Positions 35,286 to 45,366 are shown, numbered from the stretch's first letter. The stretch is 46,107 nt of DNA from an uncultured Fibrobacteraceae bacterium (GCA_964562635.1 CAZLUL010000002.1:1-46107), one strand, 5' to 3'. Numbers and translations are program-made. Notes: generated from the letters alone by a model not told the origin.

Positions 35286-37193
35286 TCAAAGCGAAGGCCC
35301 GGCCCGGCGCACATCCCCCGCCCGCACCGTCAGCCCGCTGTAATCCAGATACTCCAGCATCGGAATCCCCAGTTTACGAGTCAAACCACTCAAGGCCCGG
35401 AATTCAGCAAAGGCGATTTCTTCGTTCACCGCAAAATGACTCCGCAGCTTTGTCAGCAATTCATCCAGCGCCGACTTTGCCACGTGGTACTCGTTGGAAA
35501 TCGCCACGGCCTGCCCATGGTCGACCAAATGACGGATGACTTCGGCGGCGCGGAATTCCTGCAATTCCTTGTCAGCCGCAGAACCTCTGAATACCGGTGA
35601 TTCTTCCGACCAGTTGTCCAACCCCGGCCAGTCCAGACCAAAGTTTTCCAATTCGCCACCGGCTTTCTGCATCGCCGCCTGCATCGCCGGACCCAGCACC
35701 GGCCCGGTGGCCGTTGGCCCAATGCGGTCATCGACCACCACCCAGGACGCCGTCTCAGCCAATTTCAGGCAGATGGCGCTCCACTCATTGGGTCCTGCCT
35801 TGAACTTGCATTTGCGCCGGCACTCTTCCTTCGGCACGCCCAGTCGCAAGGGGAAACGGGCCGCATAGGCTGTCACGTTTTCGCCGATTTGCCCGGCCAA
35901 GTCGTCCATCAGTTCACGATGGTACAGGCGTTTGCCGACCCGCAGGGCATCCGGGTCGTCCTGCTGGCCCAAAGCTTCGGCCAGGGACAAACCCGCCGTG
36001 CCAGCCTGCCGCAGGTTCTGTCGGAACAGCTCGGCCGGATCGCCGCTTTCCATGATGATCAGGTTTTCCTGGGCCTGTTCGTCAAAACGCTTGTGCCTTT
36101 GGGGCGCCGCATCAAGCACCACCCCGCCAGCGATACTCGTGACCGGCGAATAGAAACGCAGCACCAGGCGGTCTTCACGGGCGGCAACCAGTTCATCTTC
36201 AAGATGCAACTGGGCCAGGCCCGTGCGCGGACCGCCCTGGCCACCGAGTTCTTCTTCATCCAGCAGCACGACGCGCGCCAACACTTCCCGTCCGGCGTGG
36301 TGCACGTGCACGCGCTGACGGTTTTTGATCACGCCCTGGTAGTGGCCCATCACGTTCAGGCGCACGTCCAGTCGGCGGGTTACCGCCGCGCTGCCAGGTG
36401 TCACCAGCTGGAAACCCCGGGCAATGTCGTCTTTTTTGACGCCGTTCAGGGCCAGGGCCAGGCGTTGTCCAGAGGCGCCGCGTTGGGCCTTCTTGCCATG
36501 CACCTGCACCTCGCGCACGCGCACCGGCAAGGCGCCGGGTTCGAAGACCAGTTTGTCCCCGATTTTCACCGCTCCGCCCCAACAGGTTCCCGTCACCACC
36601 ACGCCGGCGCCGGGCATTGTAAAAACCCGATCCACCGGCATCCGAAAGGCGCCCTCTTCGCGACGCGCCGGCAAGGCCAGGGCTGCCTGCCGCAAGGCGT
36701 CCTTCAATTCCTCCAGCCCCGTGCCCACATGGGCCGAAACCGCCACGATGGGCTTGTCTTCCAGAAATGTGCCCTCAACCAGCTCCATGGCTTCTTCGGT
36801 GGCCACCGCCAGGATTTCTTCGTCCACCATGTCGATTTTGCTCATGACCACGACCCCGCTGCGCACGCCGAGCGAGTCGAGGATTTCCAGATGTTCGATC
36901 GTCTGGGGCATGACCCCTTCATCGGCCGCCACCAGCAGGAAGGCCAGGTCCACACCGCCGGCGCCACTGACCATTTGTTTGACGAATTTTTCATGGCCCG
37001 GCATGTCCACCACACCCAGCATCACGCCTTCGCCCAGGTCCAGCTCGGCAAAACCCAGCTCGATGCTGATGCCGCGCTCGCGCTCTTCCTTCAGGCGATC
37101 GGTGTGGGTGCCGGTCAGGGCGGTGATCAACGCCGTCTTGCCGTGATCAACATGGCCGGCGGCACCGAGGATGAAATGACGTGTCGCGCTCAT
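35286..37193 (-). CDS. selB: Selenocysteine-specific translation elongation factor
   Basis: GHVDHGKT, DMPGHEKF, SKID, an EF-Tu-like domain II/III, and a roughly 270-aa C-terminal winged-helix-type extension. The start is trimmed to the ATG at 37193 (MSATRHFILGAAGHVDHGKT). Confidence 0.9.
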   Translation of the reverse strand: MSATRHFILGAAGHVDHGKTALITALTGTHTDRLKEERERGISIELGFAELDLGEGVMLGVVDMPGHEKFVKQMVSGAGGVDLAFLLVAADEGVMPQTIEHLEILDSLGVRSGVVVMSKIDMVDEEILAVATEEAMELVEGTFLEDKPIVAVSAHVGTGLEELKDALRQAALALPARREEGAFRMPVDRVFTMPGAGVVVTGTCWGGAVKIGDKLVFEPGALPVRVREVQVHGKKAQRGASGQRLALALNGVKKDDIARGFQLVTPGSAAVTRRLDVRLNVMGHYQGVIKNRQRVHVHHAGREVLARVVLLDEEELGGQGGPRTGLAQLHLEDELVAAREDRLVLRFYSPVTSIAGGVVLDAAPQRHKRFDEQAQENLIIMESGDPAELFRQNLRQAGTAGLSLAEALGQQDDPDALRVGKRLYHRELMDDLAGQIGENVTAYAARFPLRLGVPKEECRRKCKFKAGPNEWSAICLKLAETASWVVVDDRIGPTATGPVLGPAMQAAMQKAGGELENFGLDWPGLDNWSEESPVFRGSAADKELQEFRAAEVIRHLVDHGQAVAISNEYHVAKSALDELLTKLRSHFAVNEEIAFAEFRALSGLTRKLGIPMLEYLDYSGLTVRAGDVRRAGPSL

Positions 37194-37209
37194 GCGGCGT
37201 GGTGTCCCA

Positions 37210-38466
37210 TCAGGATTTTTCGCGCGTGATGCGCGCGCCCAGTTCGGCCAGGCGGATCTCGATGCGCTCATAGCCGCGATCGATGTGGTAGACACGGTTG
37301 ACCGTGGTGGTGCCGTGGGCCGCCACACCAGCCAGAACCAGCGCCGCACTGGCCCGCAGGTCCGTGGCCATCACCTGGGCCCCGGACAAATGGTCCACCC
37401 CGCGGATGCGCGCGCGCGCGCCATCAACCCGGATGTCGGCCCCCAAACGCTGCAACTCGGCCACATGGGTGAAGCGATCGGTATAGATCGTTTCGGTCAT
37501 CGAGCTGGTGCCGGCCGCGACGGTGCAAGCGGCCATGACCTGGGCCTGCATGTCGGTGGGAAAGCCGGGATACGGACGGGTCACCACTTCGACGGGTTGG
37601 GGTCGGCCATCGGCGCGAATCGTCAGGCAGAATTCTTCTTCGCTGATTTCGCAGCCCATCTCCTGCAGCACAATCGTCACGGGCCGTAAATGTTCCGGAT
37701 CCACGCCGGTCAGGCGCACTTCGCCACCGGCCATCGCCACGCCAGCCATAATCGTACCGGCCTCGATGCGGTCGGCGATCACCCGGTGCGACACGGGCTC
37801 CAGTTTCTCGACACCTTCAATTTTCAGGCTCGTGGTGCCCACGCCCTCGATCTTCGCCCCCGAGCGCACGAGCGCCTCGACCAGCTGGGTCACCTCGGGT
37901 TCGATGGCGCAATTTTCCAGCTCGGTGCTTCCGGCAGCCAGCACCGCGGCCATCAGCACGTTGCAGGTGCCACCGACCGAAGAGGGCTCAAAACGAAAGC
38001 GCCCCCCGGCCAAACGACCGTTGGCGCGGGCGTTGATATACCCCTCTTCCAGATTGATTTCCGCCCCCAGGGCCGCCAAACCTTCCAGATGCAGATTCAC
38101 CGGCCGCGGCCCCCAGGCACAGCCGCCGGGCAGCGAAACCCGGGCCTGGCCGAAAGAGGCCAGCAAAGGCCCCAGCACGTAGATGCTCGCGCGCATCTTG
38201 CGCACCAAGTCATAGGGCGCTTCGGAACCGCTGAGGTCGGTGGTGTCGATGACCATGAAATTGTTGGCAAATTCGGTGCGGGCGCCCAACCCCTCCAGGA
38301 TCGTGGCAAAGAATCGCACGTCCTGCAGATCGGGCACGTTGTCGATGACCGAGCGGCCGCGCGTCAGCAAAGAGGCGGCCATGAGGGGCAGGACGGCATT
38401 TTTGGCGCCGCTGACAGAGATTTCTCCGTTCAGTGGGGTCGGTCCTTCGATAACAAAACGATCCAT
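37210..38466 (-). CDS. murA: UDP-N-acetylglucosamine 1-carboxyvinyltransferase
   Basis: [31 protein letters not shown], the active-site Cys loop [11 protein letters not shown], and a length of 418 aa. Confidence 0.96.
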   Translation of the reverse strand: MDRFVIEGPTPLNGEISVSGAKNAVLPLMAASLLTRGRSVIDNVPDLQDVRFFATILEGLGARTEFANNFMVIDTTDLSGSEAPYDLVRKMRASIYVLGPLLASFGQARVSLPGGCAWGPRPVNLHLEGLAALGAEINLEEGYINARANGRLAGGRFRFEPSSVGGTCNVLMAAVLAAGSTELENCAIEPEVTQLVEALVRSGAKIEGVGTTSLKIEGVEKLEPVSHRVIADRIEAGTIMAGVAMAGGEVRLTGVDPEHLRPVTIVLQEMGCEISEEEFCLTIRADGRPQPVEVVTRPYPGFPTDMQAQVMAACTVAAGTSSMTETIYTDRFTHVAELQRLGADIRVDGARARIRGVDHLSGAQVMATDLRASAALVLAGVAAHGTTTVNRVYHIDRGYERIEIRLAELGARITREKS

Positions 38467-38595
38467 GTTGTTTCTGCCTGCTCCGGAAAAATCCGATGTT
38501 CTGCCGGCCAGTGGATGTCCCCGGCGGTTCCAGTTCTGCCAATATACGCAAATGTGATCCGATGTGAGGGCTCTTTTTCGCCCTGACCTGATCGC

Positions 38596-39165
38596 CTACC
38601 CCAGGCTCAGGCCACAGTCGGGGCACTGCTCGGCCGCCTCGTCCACCCCATAACCACAGGCCGGACACGTGCCCACCTCGAATTCGAACGAGAGCCCCCG
38701 AAACTGTCCCGGATGAAGACTTTCGAAGACCTCATCAATGAGGGCGTTGGCCTGCTCGTATTGTTCCCGGGACACAAAGAGAATGTAGTGGAATCCCTCG
38801 AGCACCGTGCCCACCGGGACCTGCTCGGCACCGCCGCCGGAAATCGTCCGGCCCAGGACAACCGAATCGGTGTGCTGCAGTTCCCCCGGGTCATACCGGG
38901 TGGCCGGCAGAACGGCGCCCCGGATTCCCGCGGCTTTAAAATGCCCCAAGTAGGCCTTGATCACATATTCGTGGTCGGCAACCAACTCACCCAGAATGAC
39001 TCCGGATGCGAAATTTTCCCAATTCGCCTCTTCGAGCGTCTCGGCCAGGATGACTACGCCAGCCTTGCTGGCCCAGATCAAGGGCACCCTGCAATCCGCA
39101 CAGCTCTGGGCCCGGGACAGATACTCCACCCGACACTCGGGGCAAATCTTGTTCTCGTCTGTCAC
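38596..39165 (-). CDS. Hypothetical protein with N- and C-terminal zinc-ribbon motifs
   Basis: CPEC-x11-CADC at the N-terminus and CPAC-x10-CPDC at the C-terminus flank two roughly 60-aa repeats of similar pattern. No family assigned with confidence. Confidence 0.55.
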   Translation of the reverse strand: MTDENKICPECRVEYLSRAQSCADCRVPLIWASKAGVVILAETLEEANWENFASGVILGELVADHEYVIKAYLGHFKAAGIRGAVLPATRYDPGELQHTDSVVLGRTISGGGAEQVPVGTVLEGFHYILFVSREQYEQANALIDEVFESLHPGQFRGLSFEFEVGTCPACGYGVDEAAEQCPDCGLSLG

Positions 39166-39187
39166 GGTTCCCTTTCCAAAAAAACGC

Positions 39188-40081
39188 CTACTCCGGCGGA
39201 CGAGTCTTCCACCGACGATGCACCCAATAGTACATGGCCGGGGCCTCGCGCACAGCCTCTTCTAGGCGGGCGGTATGAATTTCCGTCAACCGCCGCACGG
39301 CCGTATCGCGGTCCCAGGCCGGATCAATTTCGATGGCCGGTTCGATCTTCATCACATGACTGCCGTCAGGTTGGCGGTAGACAAAGACCATCAGCAGGGG
39401 GCAACCGGCCTTGACCGCCAGGGTCGCCGGGCCCAGGTTGACCGAGGCCGGTCGCCCCAGAAATTCTACGAATTGTCCTTTGCGGCCCGCATCCTGGTCG
39501 CCCAGAATACCGACCATCTCGCCCCGCTCGATGGCCGCCAGAATATGAGGAATCGAGACACCGGTGTGGATGATGCCCACACCCTGCCGCGCCCGGATTC
39601 CGTTGTAGAATTCGTCAATCAATTGGTTCGATTGTCGTTTGACGATGACGTTGATTCGATACCCCTCGGCAGCAATACGGGGCGCCATCAATTCGAAGTT
39701 GCCCAGGTGGCCGGAGATGAACAAGGCGCCACGACCGCTTTCCACCAGCGCCGTTACATGTTCCCAGCCCTCAAGCACGACATTCTCACGCAAGTCTTCG
39801 GCGCTGCGGTGCCCGGAGGCCAAAAACTCGACCAGGGTCATGCCCAGATTACGATAGAAATCCAGGGCCGTAGCGTGGATCCAGGATTCGTCTTTTTCGT
39901 CTCCAAAGGCGCACTGCAGATTGTCCAGGATCACGTCCCGCCGAAATCGCACCACTCGCCACGCGAAAGTGCCGATCCCACGTCCGACGGCCAGCAGGGC
40001 CTGGCGCGACAGCAGCTTCGTTGATTGGTAGATGAGCTGAAAGGCGCCGTATTCCAGGCGGTGTTTGAACTTCGGGGCCAT
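39188..40081 (-). CDS. Lysophospholipid/lipid A late acyltransferase family protein (LpxL/HtrB-like)
   Basis: Catalytic SGHLGNFEL (HxxxxE/D-type) motif, N-terminal FKHRLEYGAFQLIY..., and YYWVHRRWK at the C-terminus, which is typical of this family. Confidence 0.85.
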   Translation of the reverse strand: MAPKFKHRLEYGAFQLIYQSTKLLSRQALLAVGRGIGTFAWRVVRFRRDVILDNLQCAFGDEKDESWIHATALDFYRNLGMTLVEFLASGHRSAEDLRENVVLEGWEHVTALVESGRGALFISGHLGNFELMAPRIAAEGYRINVIVKRQSNQLIDEFYNGIRARQGVGIIHTGVSIPHILAAIERGEMVGILGDQDAGRKGQFVEFLGRPASVNLGPATLAVKAGCPLLMVFVYRQPDGSHVMKIEPAIEIDPAWDRDTAVRRLTEIHTARLEEAVREAPAMYYWVHRRWKTRPPE

Positions 40082-40117
40082 GTTTACCTTCGACTAAAAA
40101 GTTTACCTTCGACTAAA
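40082..40117. repeat. Tandem direct repeat, 2 x 17 bp with period 19, abutting the LpxL-like start codon
   Basis: GTTTACCTTCGACTAAA occurs at 40082..40098 and 40101..40117. On the coding strand each copy carries GAAGG, and the proximal copy supplies the SD 5 nt before the ATG. Confidence 0.85.
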
Positions 40118-40189
40118 GACTAGTGGGACCGATCACGATGCCGGCATTGTAACGGATGAAGGCAGCGGCTGCACCCTCGTCCTTGCGCT

Positions 40190-42118
40190 TCAATCGGCAA
40201 ATTTCAGAAGCCAGGTCGGCACCTGCAACTCGACCCAGGCAAAACCGCCCGGCCGGGTGGCATCGGCCACCAGGGTTGCCGTCAGCCACTCGGCCACGGC
40301 GGCAGTGTCACCCAAACGCCTGACTTCGGCCCTCAGATGCACCTGGTCTCCTTCGTGGCCCACAATTTCCACCGCCCCCAGAAACGGCCCATCGCGAAAC
40401 GGGCTCTGATGCTGGCCCTTTCCCGCCTGAAGCGAGGCCAACAGTTCCTGGCCGTCCGTCAGGTCCAATCGGGATTCGATCCGCGCCCAGGCGCCGCCGG
40501 CCTCGCTGCGCGCTGGCGACCACCAGGCACAAAGGCTGTCAAAGCCCTGCAACACTTCTTCAGCCGCCGCCTCAGAAACCGACGGTGATCCTTCCGCACT
40601 ACCGGGCAGGAAAGGCCGCACATCGACCAATTCCACCTCAGGCATATTCCGCAATTGTTCCAGGAACCAGTACTTGTGCCCGGCACCAAAGGTGACCAGA
40701 ACCCTCTGCCCCGGATGCCGCCTGATCGCATCGGCGATCAGGGCAAAATGTTCGCCATTGATGTGGGTCCATCCACCCGGCGGGCCGATGACATCGTTGA
40801 GATGGTATTCGTAGGGCCCCAATTCGATTTTGGTGCGCAAATCATAGGCCGGCGAATGGATGTAAAAAGGATCATCTTCAGCCGCCGGCGCCGGATGCTC
40901 CGCAAGCCACCCCTGCACCCACTCTTCATCCCGGTCGTAGGCCGCCGCCGCCACCGAATCTTCGGCTGAAGTCTCGAACAATTGCATCCGCGCCCGTCGC
41001 GCGACTGCCATTTCCGGCGTCCAACCCGCGCTCGGCTCCACCACGAAGTCCAGCTCATCGGTCAAGGGCAGCAAGACATCCACGTACTCCGGAAACACCT
41101 TCACCCGGCTGTCCTCGACCACCTGTTTTTCCTGCCAGGTGGCCAAAGCCCCCGGCCAATTCGCCGGCGGAATCTCGGGACACACGACGTCAGGATCAAT
41201 CGCCCGGATCGTCTCCCGCACCTGGTCCAGTCCCCACGTTTCGCTCGTGCGGTGCCCACCGTGGATCATGCCCAGCACGAACACCTCGGTCTTGCGCCAC
41301 GCCGTGTCCCGCACCGCTCGCGAAAAATCCGGCGTATCGCCCGCCGCCCGCGCCCGGTCGTTGATCCACCAGCGTTCCCGGGCCGTGACCAGGTCTTCAC
41401 CACTGCGCAGGCGCCCCATCTTGATCATCAATTCGTCCGTATAGCCCGGCAAAACCACCCGCCAGGTGGGTGGCACCAAACCCGGCGCCACGTCGTTCAC
41501 GTGGTCACGCAGGCGCGAGGTGCAGTTGTCGGTCAGGGTATTGTACCAGGCCGGATCCCGCCCCAGTTTGTCCGCCTCGGTCAGCATACTGACAAAGAGG
41601 TCGCGGATACCCGGCACCGGCGCCTCGATCGGAAACAGGTAGACGTCGTCGGGCCGGTAGGCCGCGCGGTCCAGCAACAGATCGCGCTCATCACCAACGA
41701 TATAAATCAGCTCAAACGTGCGCAGCAGGCCGCGGTAGACCCCGTACGGCTCGCCCTTCTCCTTGCGCGCCTCCACACTCACGGCAATGAAGGTGCCGTC
41801 GTCAAAACCGAAGCTGAAAAAGCCGTGGGCCGGACCGCGCCAGCCATCCGGATGGAATACCGACAGCCCATACCACAGGGTTTGCAGGCGACTCAGGTCG
41901 AACTCGCGGGTTTCAAATGAACCGGTGGGAGGCGCGTCGGCCGAGAAGCGGAAGTTGCGCACGCCTTCGACAATCACGTGGTCGCCGTCGATCGTGACCT
42001 GCGGTGTGACCGCGTGGGCGGTGATCCAGTCGCGGTCGGTGCGCGCCGGATAAAAGACAAAGATCAGGGCAGTCGCCAGGGCCAACAGGCCCACGATCCT
42101 CAGCACGCGCTTTTTCAC
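40190..42118 (-). CDS. Membrane-anchored fusion protein: DUF4105 (Lnb N-terminal-like) domain + TraB/GumN/DUF5694-like domain + unassigned C-terminal domain
   Basis: Anchor RIVGLLALATALIFVF. Then GPAHGFFSFGF...SVEARKEKGEPYG...IVGDERDLL...NTLTDNCTS, which I recall as the DUF4105 pattern. Then VLGMIHGGH...CPEIPP...VTFGAGHKYWF, a GxxH...E...GxxH pattern as in TraB/GumN. I chose the GTG start at 42118 to avoid overlapping prmC. Confidence 0.7.
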   Translation of the reverse strand: MKKRVLRIVGLLALATALIFVFYPARTDRDWITAHAVTPQVTIDGDHVIVEGVRNFRFSADAPPTGSFETREFDLSRLQTLWYGLSVFHPDGWRGPAHGFFSFGFDDGTFIAVSVEARKEKGEPYGVYRGLLRTFELIYIVGDERDLLLDRAAYRPDDVYLFPIEAPVPGIRDLFVSMLTEADKLGRDPAWYNTLTDNCTSRLRDHVNDVAPGLVPPTWRVVLPGYTDELMIKMGRLRSGEDLVTARERWWINDRARAAGDTPDFSRAVRDTAWRKTEVFVLGMIHGGHRTSETWGLDQVRETIRAIDPDVVCPEIPPANWPGALATWQEKQVVEDSRVKVFPEYVDVLLPLTDELDFVVEPSAGWTPEMAVARRARMQLFETSAEDSVAAAAYDRDEEWVQGWLAEHPAPAAEDDPFYIHSPAYDLRTKIELGPYEYHLNDVIGPPGGWTHINGEHFALIADAIRRHPGQRVLVTFGAGHKYWFLEQLRNMPEVELVDVRPFLPGSAEGSPSVSEAAAEEVLQGFDSLCAWWSPARSEAGGAWARIESRLDLTDGQELLASLQAGKGQHQSPFRDGPFLGAVEIVGHEGDQVHLRAEVRRLGDTAAVAEWLTATLVADATRPGGFAWVELQVPTWLLKFAD

Positions 42119-42161
42119 GAGACCATCCTTGTTCGAGCCCGATCTCCCTCTAACCCACTTG

Positions 42162-43055
42162 TTATCCCACTTGGGCTGTCGCCACGCGATCCCGCTCGGT
42201 ATAGTCCTGAATGATCTGCACATCCTGGCCGCCGGAAGCTGCCAGGATCGCCTTCACATCCGGCCCCTGATCGTCGCCGATTTCCACGGCGATGTGGCCA
42301 CCAGGCCGCAGCCAGGCCCCCATTTTTGCAGCCAACGCCCGATAGAAAGCCAGCCCATCGGGCCCGCCATCGAGGGCCGTGTGGGGATCGTGCCCTTTCA
42401 CATCTTCGGGCAGATCGGCAATGTCGTCGTGCCGGATGTAGGGCGGATTGCTCACCAGCAGGTCCACCTGGCCGGCCAGTTGCTTCGGCAGCGGATCAAA
42501 GCGGCTGCCCAGATGGATATTCACCCGCGCCTCGACCCCCAGGGTGTGGGCGTTGCGTCCGGCCAATTCCACAGCCAAAGGGTTGATGTCCGTCGCGTGC
42601 ACCGTCAGGCGCGGCAGCTCGGCCGCCAGGCTCACACTGATGACTCCCGTGCCGCAACCGATTTCCACCGCCAGCGGCGCCACGAGCCCCGTATCACCGG
42701 GCGTCAGCAACGCCACCGCCGCCTCGACCAGGTGTTCGGTCTCGGGCCGCGGTATGAATACGCCGGACGCGACCTTGAAGGTGCGCGAGTAGAATTCTGT
42801 CTCGCCGAGAATTTTCTGGAGGGGTTCGCCACCGGCCCGCCGCTTGACCACCACACGGTAGGCGTCCAACTCGTCACCCAAAACCGGCCGGTCAAACTGC
42901 ATGAACAACTCGATGCGCGAAACGCCGAGCACGTCGGCCAGCAGGCGTTCGGCATTCAGTTTGGCCGAGTCCACACCCTTGTCCGCGAAGTACTCGCTGG
43001 TGACCCGGATCAACTCGCGAACCGTCTTGTTGGCTGCCGCACTGGTCATGAACAT
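42162..43055 (-). CDS. prmC: Peptide chain release factor N5-glutamine methyltransferase
   Basis: NPPY motif (LLVSNPPYI), motif I EIGCGTG, and a position directly downstream of prfA. The start is 43055 or 43049. Confidence 0.92.
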   Translation of the reverse strand: MFMTSAAANKTVRELIRVTSEYFADKGVDSAKLNAERLLADVLGVSRIELFMQFDRPVLGDELDAYRVVVKRRAGGEPLQKILGETEFYSRTFKVASGVFIPRPETEHLVEAAVALLTPGDTGLVAPLAVEIGCGTGVISVSLAAELPRLTVHATDINPLAVELAGRNAHTLGVEARVNIHLGSRFDPLPKQLAGQVDLLVSNPPYIRHDDIADLPEDVKGHDPHTALDGGPDGLAFYRALAAKMGAWLRPGGHIAVEIGDDQGPDVKAILAASGGQDVQIIQDYTERDRVATAQVG

Positions 43056-43086
43056 TCCGCACGAAGGAGTGATAGGAACCGCAAAA

Positions 43087-44157
43087 TTACGAACGCGTCG
43101 CCGCCAGAGCCTCTTCCCGACGGTAGGCCAAAATGGCATCCACCACTTCGCCCAGCTCGCCGGCCATGATGGCGTCAAGACTGTGCACGGTCAACCCGAT
43201 GCGATGATCGGTCACGCGACTTTGGGGAAAATTGTAGGTCCGGATCTTGGCGCTGCGGTCGCCGGTGCCCACCTGGCTCTTGCGCTCGGCCGCGATCTTG
43301 GCCTCATGCTCCATGATGGCCGCCTCCAGAATGCGCGAACGCAAGACACCCATGGCCTTGGCCTTGTTCTTGTGCTGGGATTTCTCGTCCTGGCACTGCA
43401 CCACGATCCCAGTCGGGATGTGGGTGATGCGAACCGCGCTGTCAGTCGTATTGACCGACTGCCCGCCCGGCCCCTGGGCCCGGTACACATCGATGCGAAT
43501 TTCGGCGGGCCTGATCTCGACGTCGACTTCTTCGGCTTCGGGCAAGACCGCCACCGTGATGGCCGAGGTGTGGATGCGGCCCTGGCTTTCGGTGGCCGGC
43601 ACCCGCTGAACCCGTTGCACGCCGCTTTCCCAGCGCAGGATGCCAAAGGCTCCTTCACCGCGCACGGCGTAAATGACTTCTTTGACGCCGCCGGCCGTGC
43701 CTTCGGTGATATCAATCAGTTCGGTTTTCCAGCCGCGCTTTTCGGCATAGCGCACGTACATGCGCGAAATCTCTTCGGCAAACAGCGCGGCCTCGTCGCC
43801 GCCGGTGCCAGCCCGGATTTCCAGAATCGCGTCGCGGTCATCGTTCGGATCATGAGGTAACAGGGCCGATTCCAGTTCTACGGCCGCCTGGGCCATCTGC
43901 GGTTCGAGCTGTGCCAATTCCTCTTTGACCATTTCAAGCATGTCCGGATCCTTCTCGGACTTGACCAGAGCCTGGTTTTCCTCGATCTGGGTGGTCAGAT
44001 CCAGCCACCGCTCGCCAATGGCCAACTGTTTGCTCACCCGCGAGTGCGTACGCGTGAGCTTGCGATAGGCCGCCTGGTCATTCAGCACATTGGGCTGAGA
44101 CAGGGCTTCGCCCAGCTCGGCGTATTTCTCCCGCAAGGTCTCAACGTTGGCTTTCAC
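43087..44157 (-). CDS. prfA: Peptide chain release factor 1
   Basis: GGQ motif ([10 protein letters not shown]), PAT-type tripeptide region ([14 protein letters not shown]), and a GTG start overlapping the upstream stop (GTGA). Confidence 0.97.
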   Translation of the reverse strand: MKANVETLREKYAELGEALSQPNVLNDQAAYRKLTRTHSRVSKQLAIGERWLDLTTQIEENQALVKSEKDPDMLEMVKEELAQLEPQMAQAAVELESALLPHDPNDDRDAILEIRAGTGGDEAALFAEEISRMYVRYAEKRGWKTELIDITEGTAGGVKEVIYAVRGEGAFGILRWESGVQRVQRVPATESQGRIHTSAITVAVLPEAEEVDVEIRPAEIRIDVYRAQGPGGQSVNTTDSAVRITHIPTGIVVQCQDEKSQHKNKAKAMGVLRSRILEAAIMEHEAKIAAERKSQVGTGDRSAKIRTYNFPQSRVTDHRIGLTVHSLDAIMAGELGEVVDAILAYRREEALAATRS

Positions 44158-45212
44158 GCGGATTCTCCCATGCCGGCATCAGCGGCAGGCAATTCATCGA
44201 AAGCGGTCTCAATTTCTTCCGGCATATCGTAATACACGCGCTCCTTGAAGTCATCACTCTCGGGCGTCAGCACCGCCCGCAGCGCCGCCATCGAAACGGT
44301 GAGCTGGGCATCGTCCGGCTGACTGGTGGTGATCTTCTGCAGCAACAATCCCGGCAGGATCACCGGTTGCAGGAACCACGCCTTGGCATGCTTGCCCGAC
44401 AGCTTGATCGCCTCGTAGGCCAAACCGCCAATCAAGGGCACAAAGGCCAGGCGCTGCAGGCGGTCAGGAATATCTTCGGGTCGCCCGAGAAACGAAAACA
44501 CCACAATGGATATCAGCATCACAAAGAACAGGAAGCTCGTGCCACAGCGCGGATGCAACGTCGTGTACGGACGAGCTCCATTGGCGTCCAGCGTCTTGCC
44601 GTTCTCGAAAGCGTGGATGCTCTTGTGCTCGGCGCCATGGTATTCAAAGACCCGCGCCATGTCCGGCAGCTTGGAAACCAGCAACAGGTACAGCACGAAC
44701 ATCGTGACCCGGAAAATGCCGTCCACGATATTCCAGACCAGGCTGCCCTCGCTGGCCGGCACCACCAGATCCGTCAGCAGGATCGGCACGTAAAAAAACA
44801 ACCCCATACTCAGGGCAAAAGAAACCGCGATCGTCCCCCACATCATCAGCGTATCGCCGATGGACGCCTTCTTCTGGTCGACCCGGTCTTCGCTGGTGGC
44901 CTGGTCGGCCGAAAACATCAACGCGTCGATGCCCAGAGCCATGCTCTCGATCAGGTGAATGCCCCCGCGCACAACGGGAATATTCAGGAACGGCAGCTTG
45001 CGCATCACACTCTTGAATATTTTTTTCCGCACCACGATGCGCCCATCGGGCGTGCGCACCGCCATGGCCATGTAGGCCGGGCTGCGCATCATCACGCCTT
45101 CGATCAGGGCCTGGCCACCAACGGCCAGATCCATCTGGCGCGCATCACTGGCCGCAATATTGTCGGGGGAGCCTGCGGCTCCCGGGCCTGGTTGTTGTTC
45201 TGTAGCAGACAT
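44154..45212 (-). CDS. DUF1385-family membrane protein (YqhQ-like)
   Basis: [20 protein letters not shown], several TM helices, and the conserved position between rpmE and prfA. Confidence 0.8.
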   Translation of the reverse strand: MSATEQQPGPGAAGSPDNIAASDARQMDLAVGGQALIEGVMMRSPAYMAMAVRTPDGRIVVRKKIFKSVMRKLPFLNIPVVRGGIHLIESMALGIDALMFSADQATSEDRVDQKKASIGDTLMMWGTIAVSFALSMGLFFYVPILLTDLVVPASEGSLVWNIVDGIFRVTMFVLYLLLVSKLPDMARVFEYHGAEHKSIHAFENGKTLDANGARPYTTLHPRCGTSFLFFVMLISIVVFSFLGRPEDIPDRLQRLAFVPLIGGLAYEAIKLSGKHAKAWFLQPVILPGLLLQKITTSQPDDAQLTVSMAALRAVLTPESDDFKERVYYDMPEEIETAFDELPAADAGMGESA

Positions 45213-45263
45213 TCACACGCCTTTACTCGGTTTTCGGTGTCAATTTTTGAACCCTGCCAATAT

Positions 45264-45297
45264 ACAAAAAGGGTGCCGGGATAGCGACCCGGCACCC
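45264..45297 (-). terminator. Rho-independent terminator after rpmE
   Basis: The minus strand reads GGGTGCCGGG-TCGCTAT-CCCGGCACCC, a perfect 10-bp GC stem, followed by TTTTTG. Confidence 0.7.
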
Positions 45298-45366
45298 TTA
45301 AATATTCATCTTTGCCTACGCCAGTCTTCGCCAAGGTCTAGCAGGTGACTGGCCCGCAGGCCGCAA

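Noticed and set aside
35240-35340. Possible tRNA (tRNA-Sec) suggested by the minus-strand ...GGACCACCA ending near 35246
   Set aside because: There is no T-loop (GGTTCGA-like), no anticodon arm with UCA, and no acceptor-stem complement. The upstream part would lie inside the selB coding sequence. The CCACCA simply belongs to a local hairpin.
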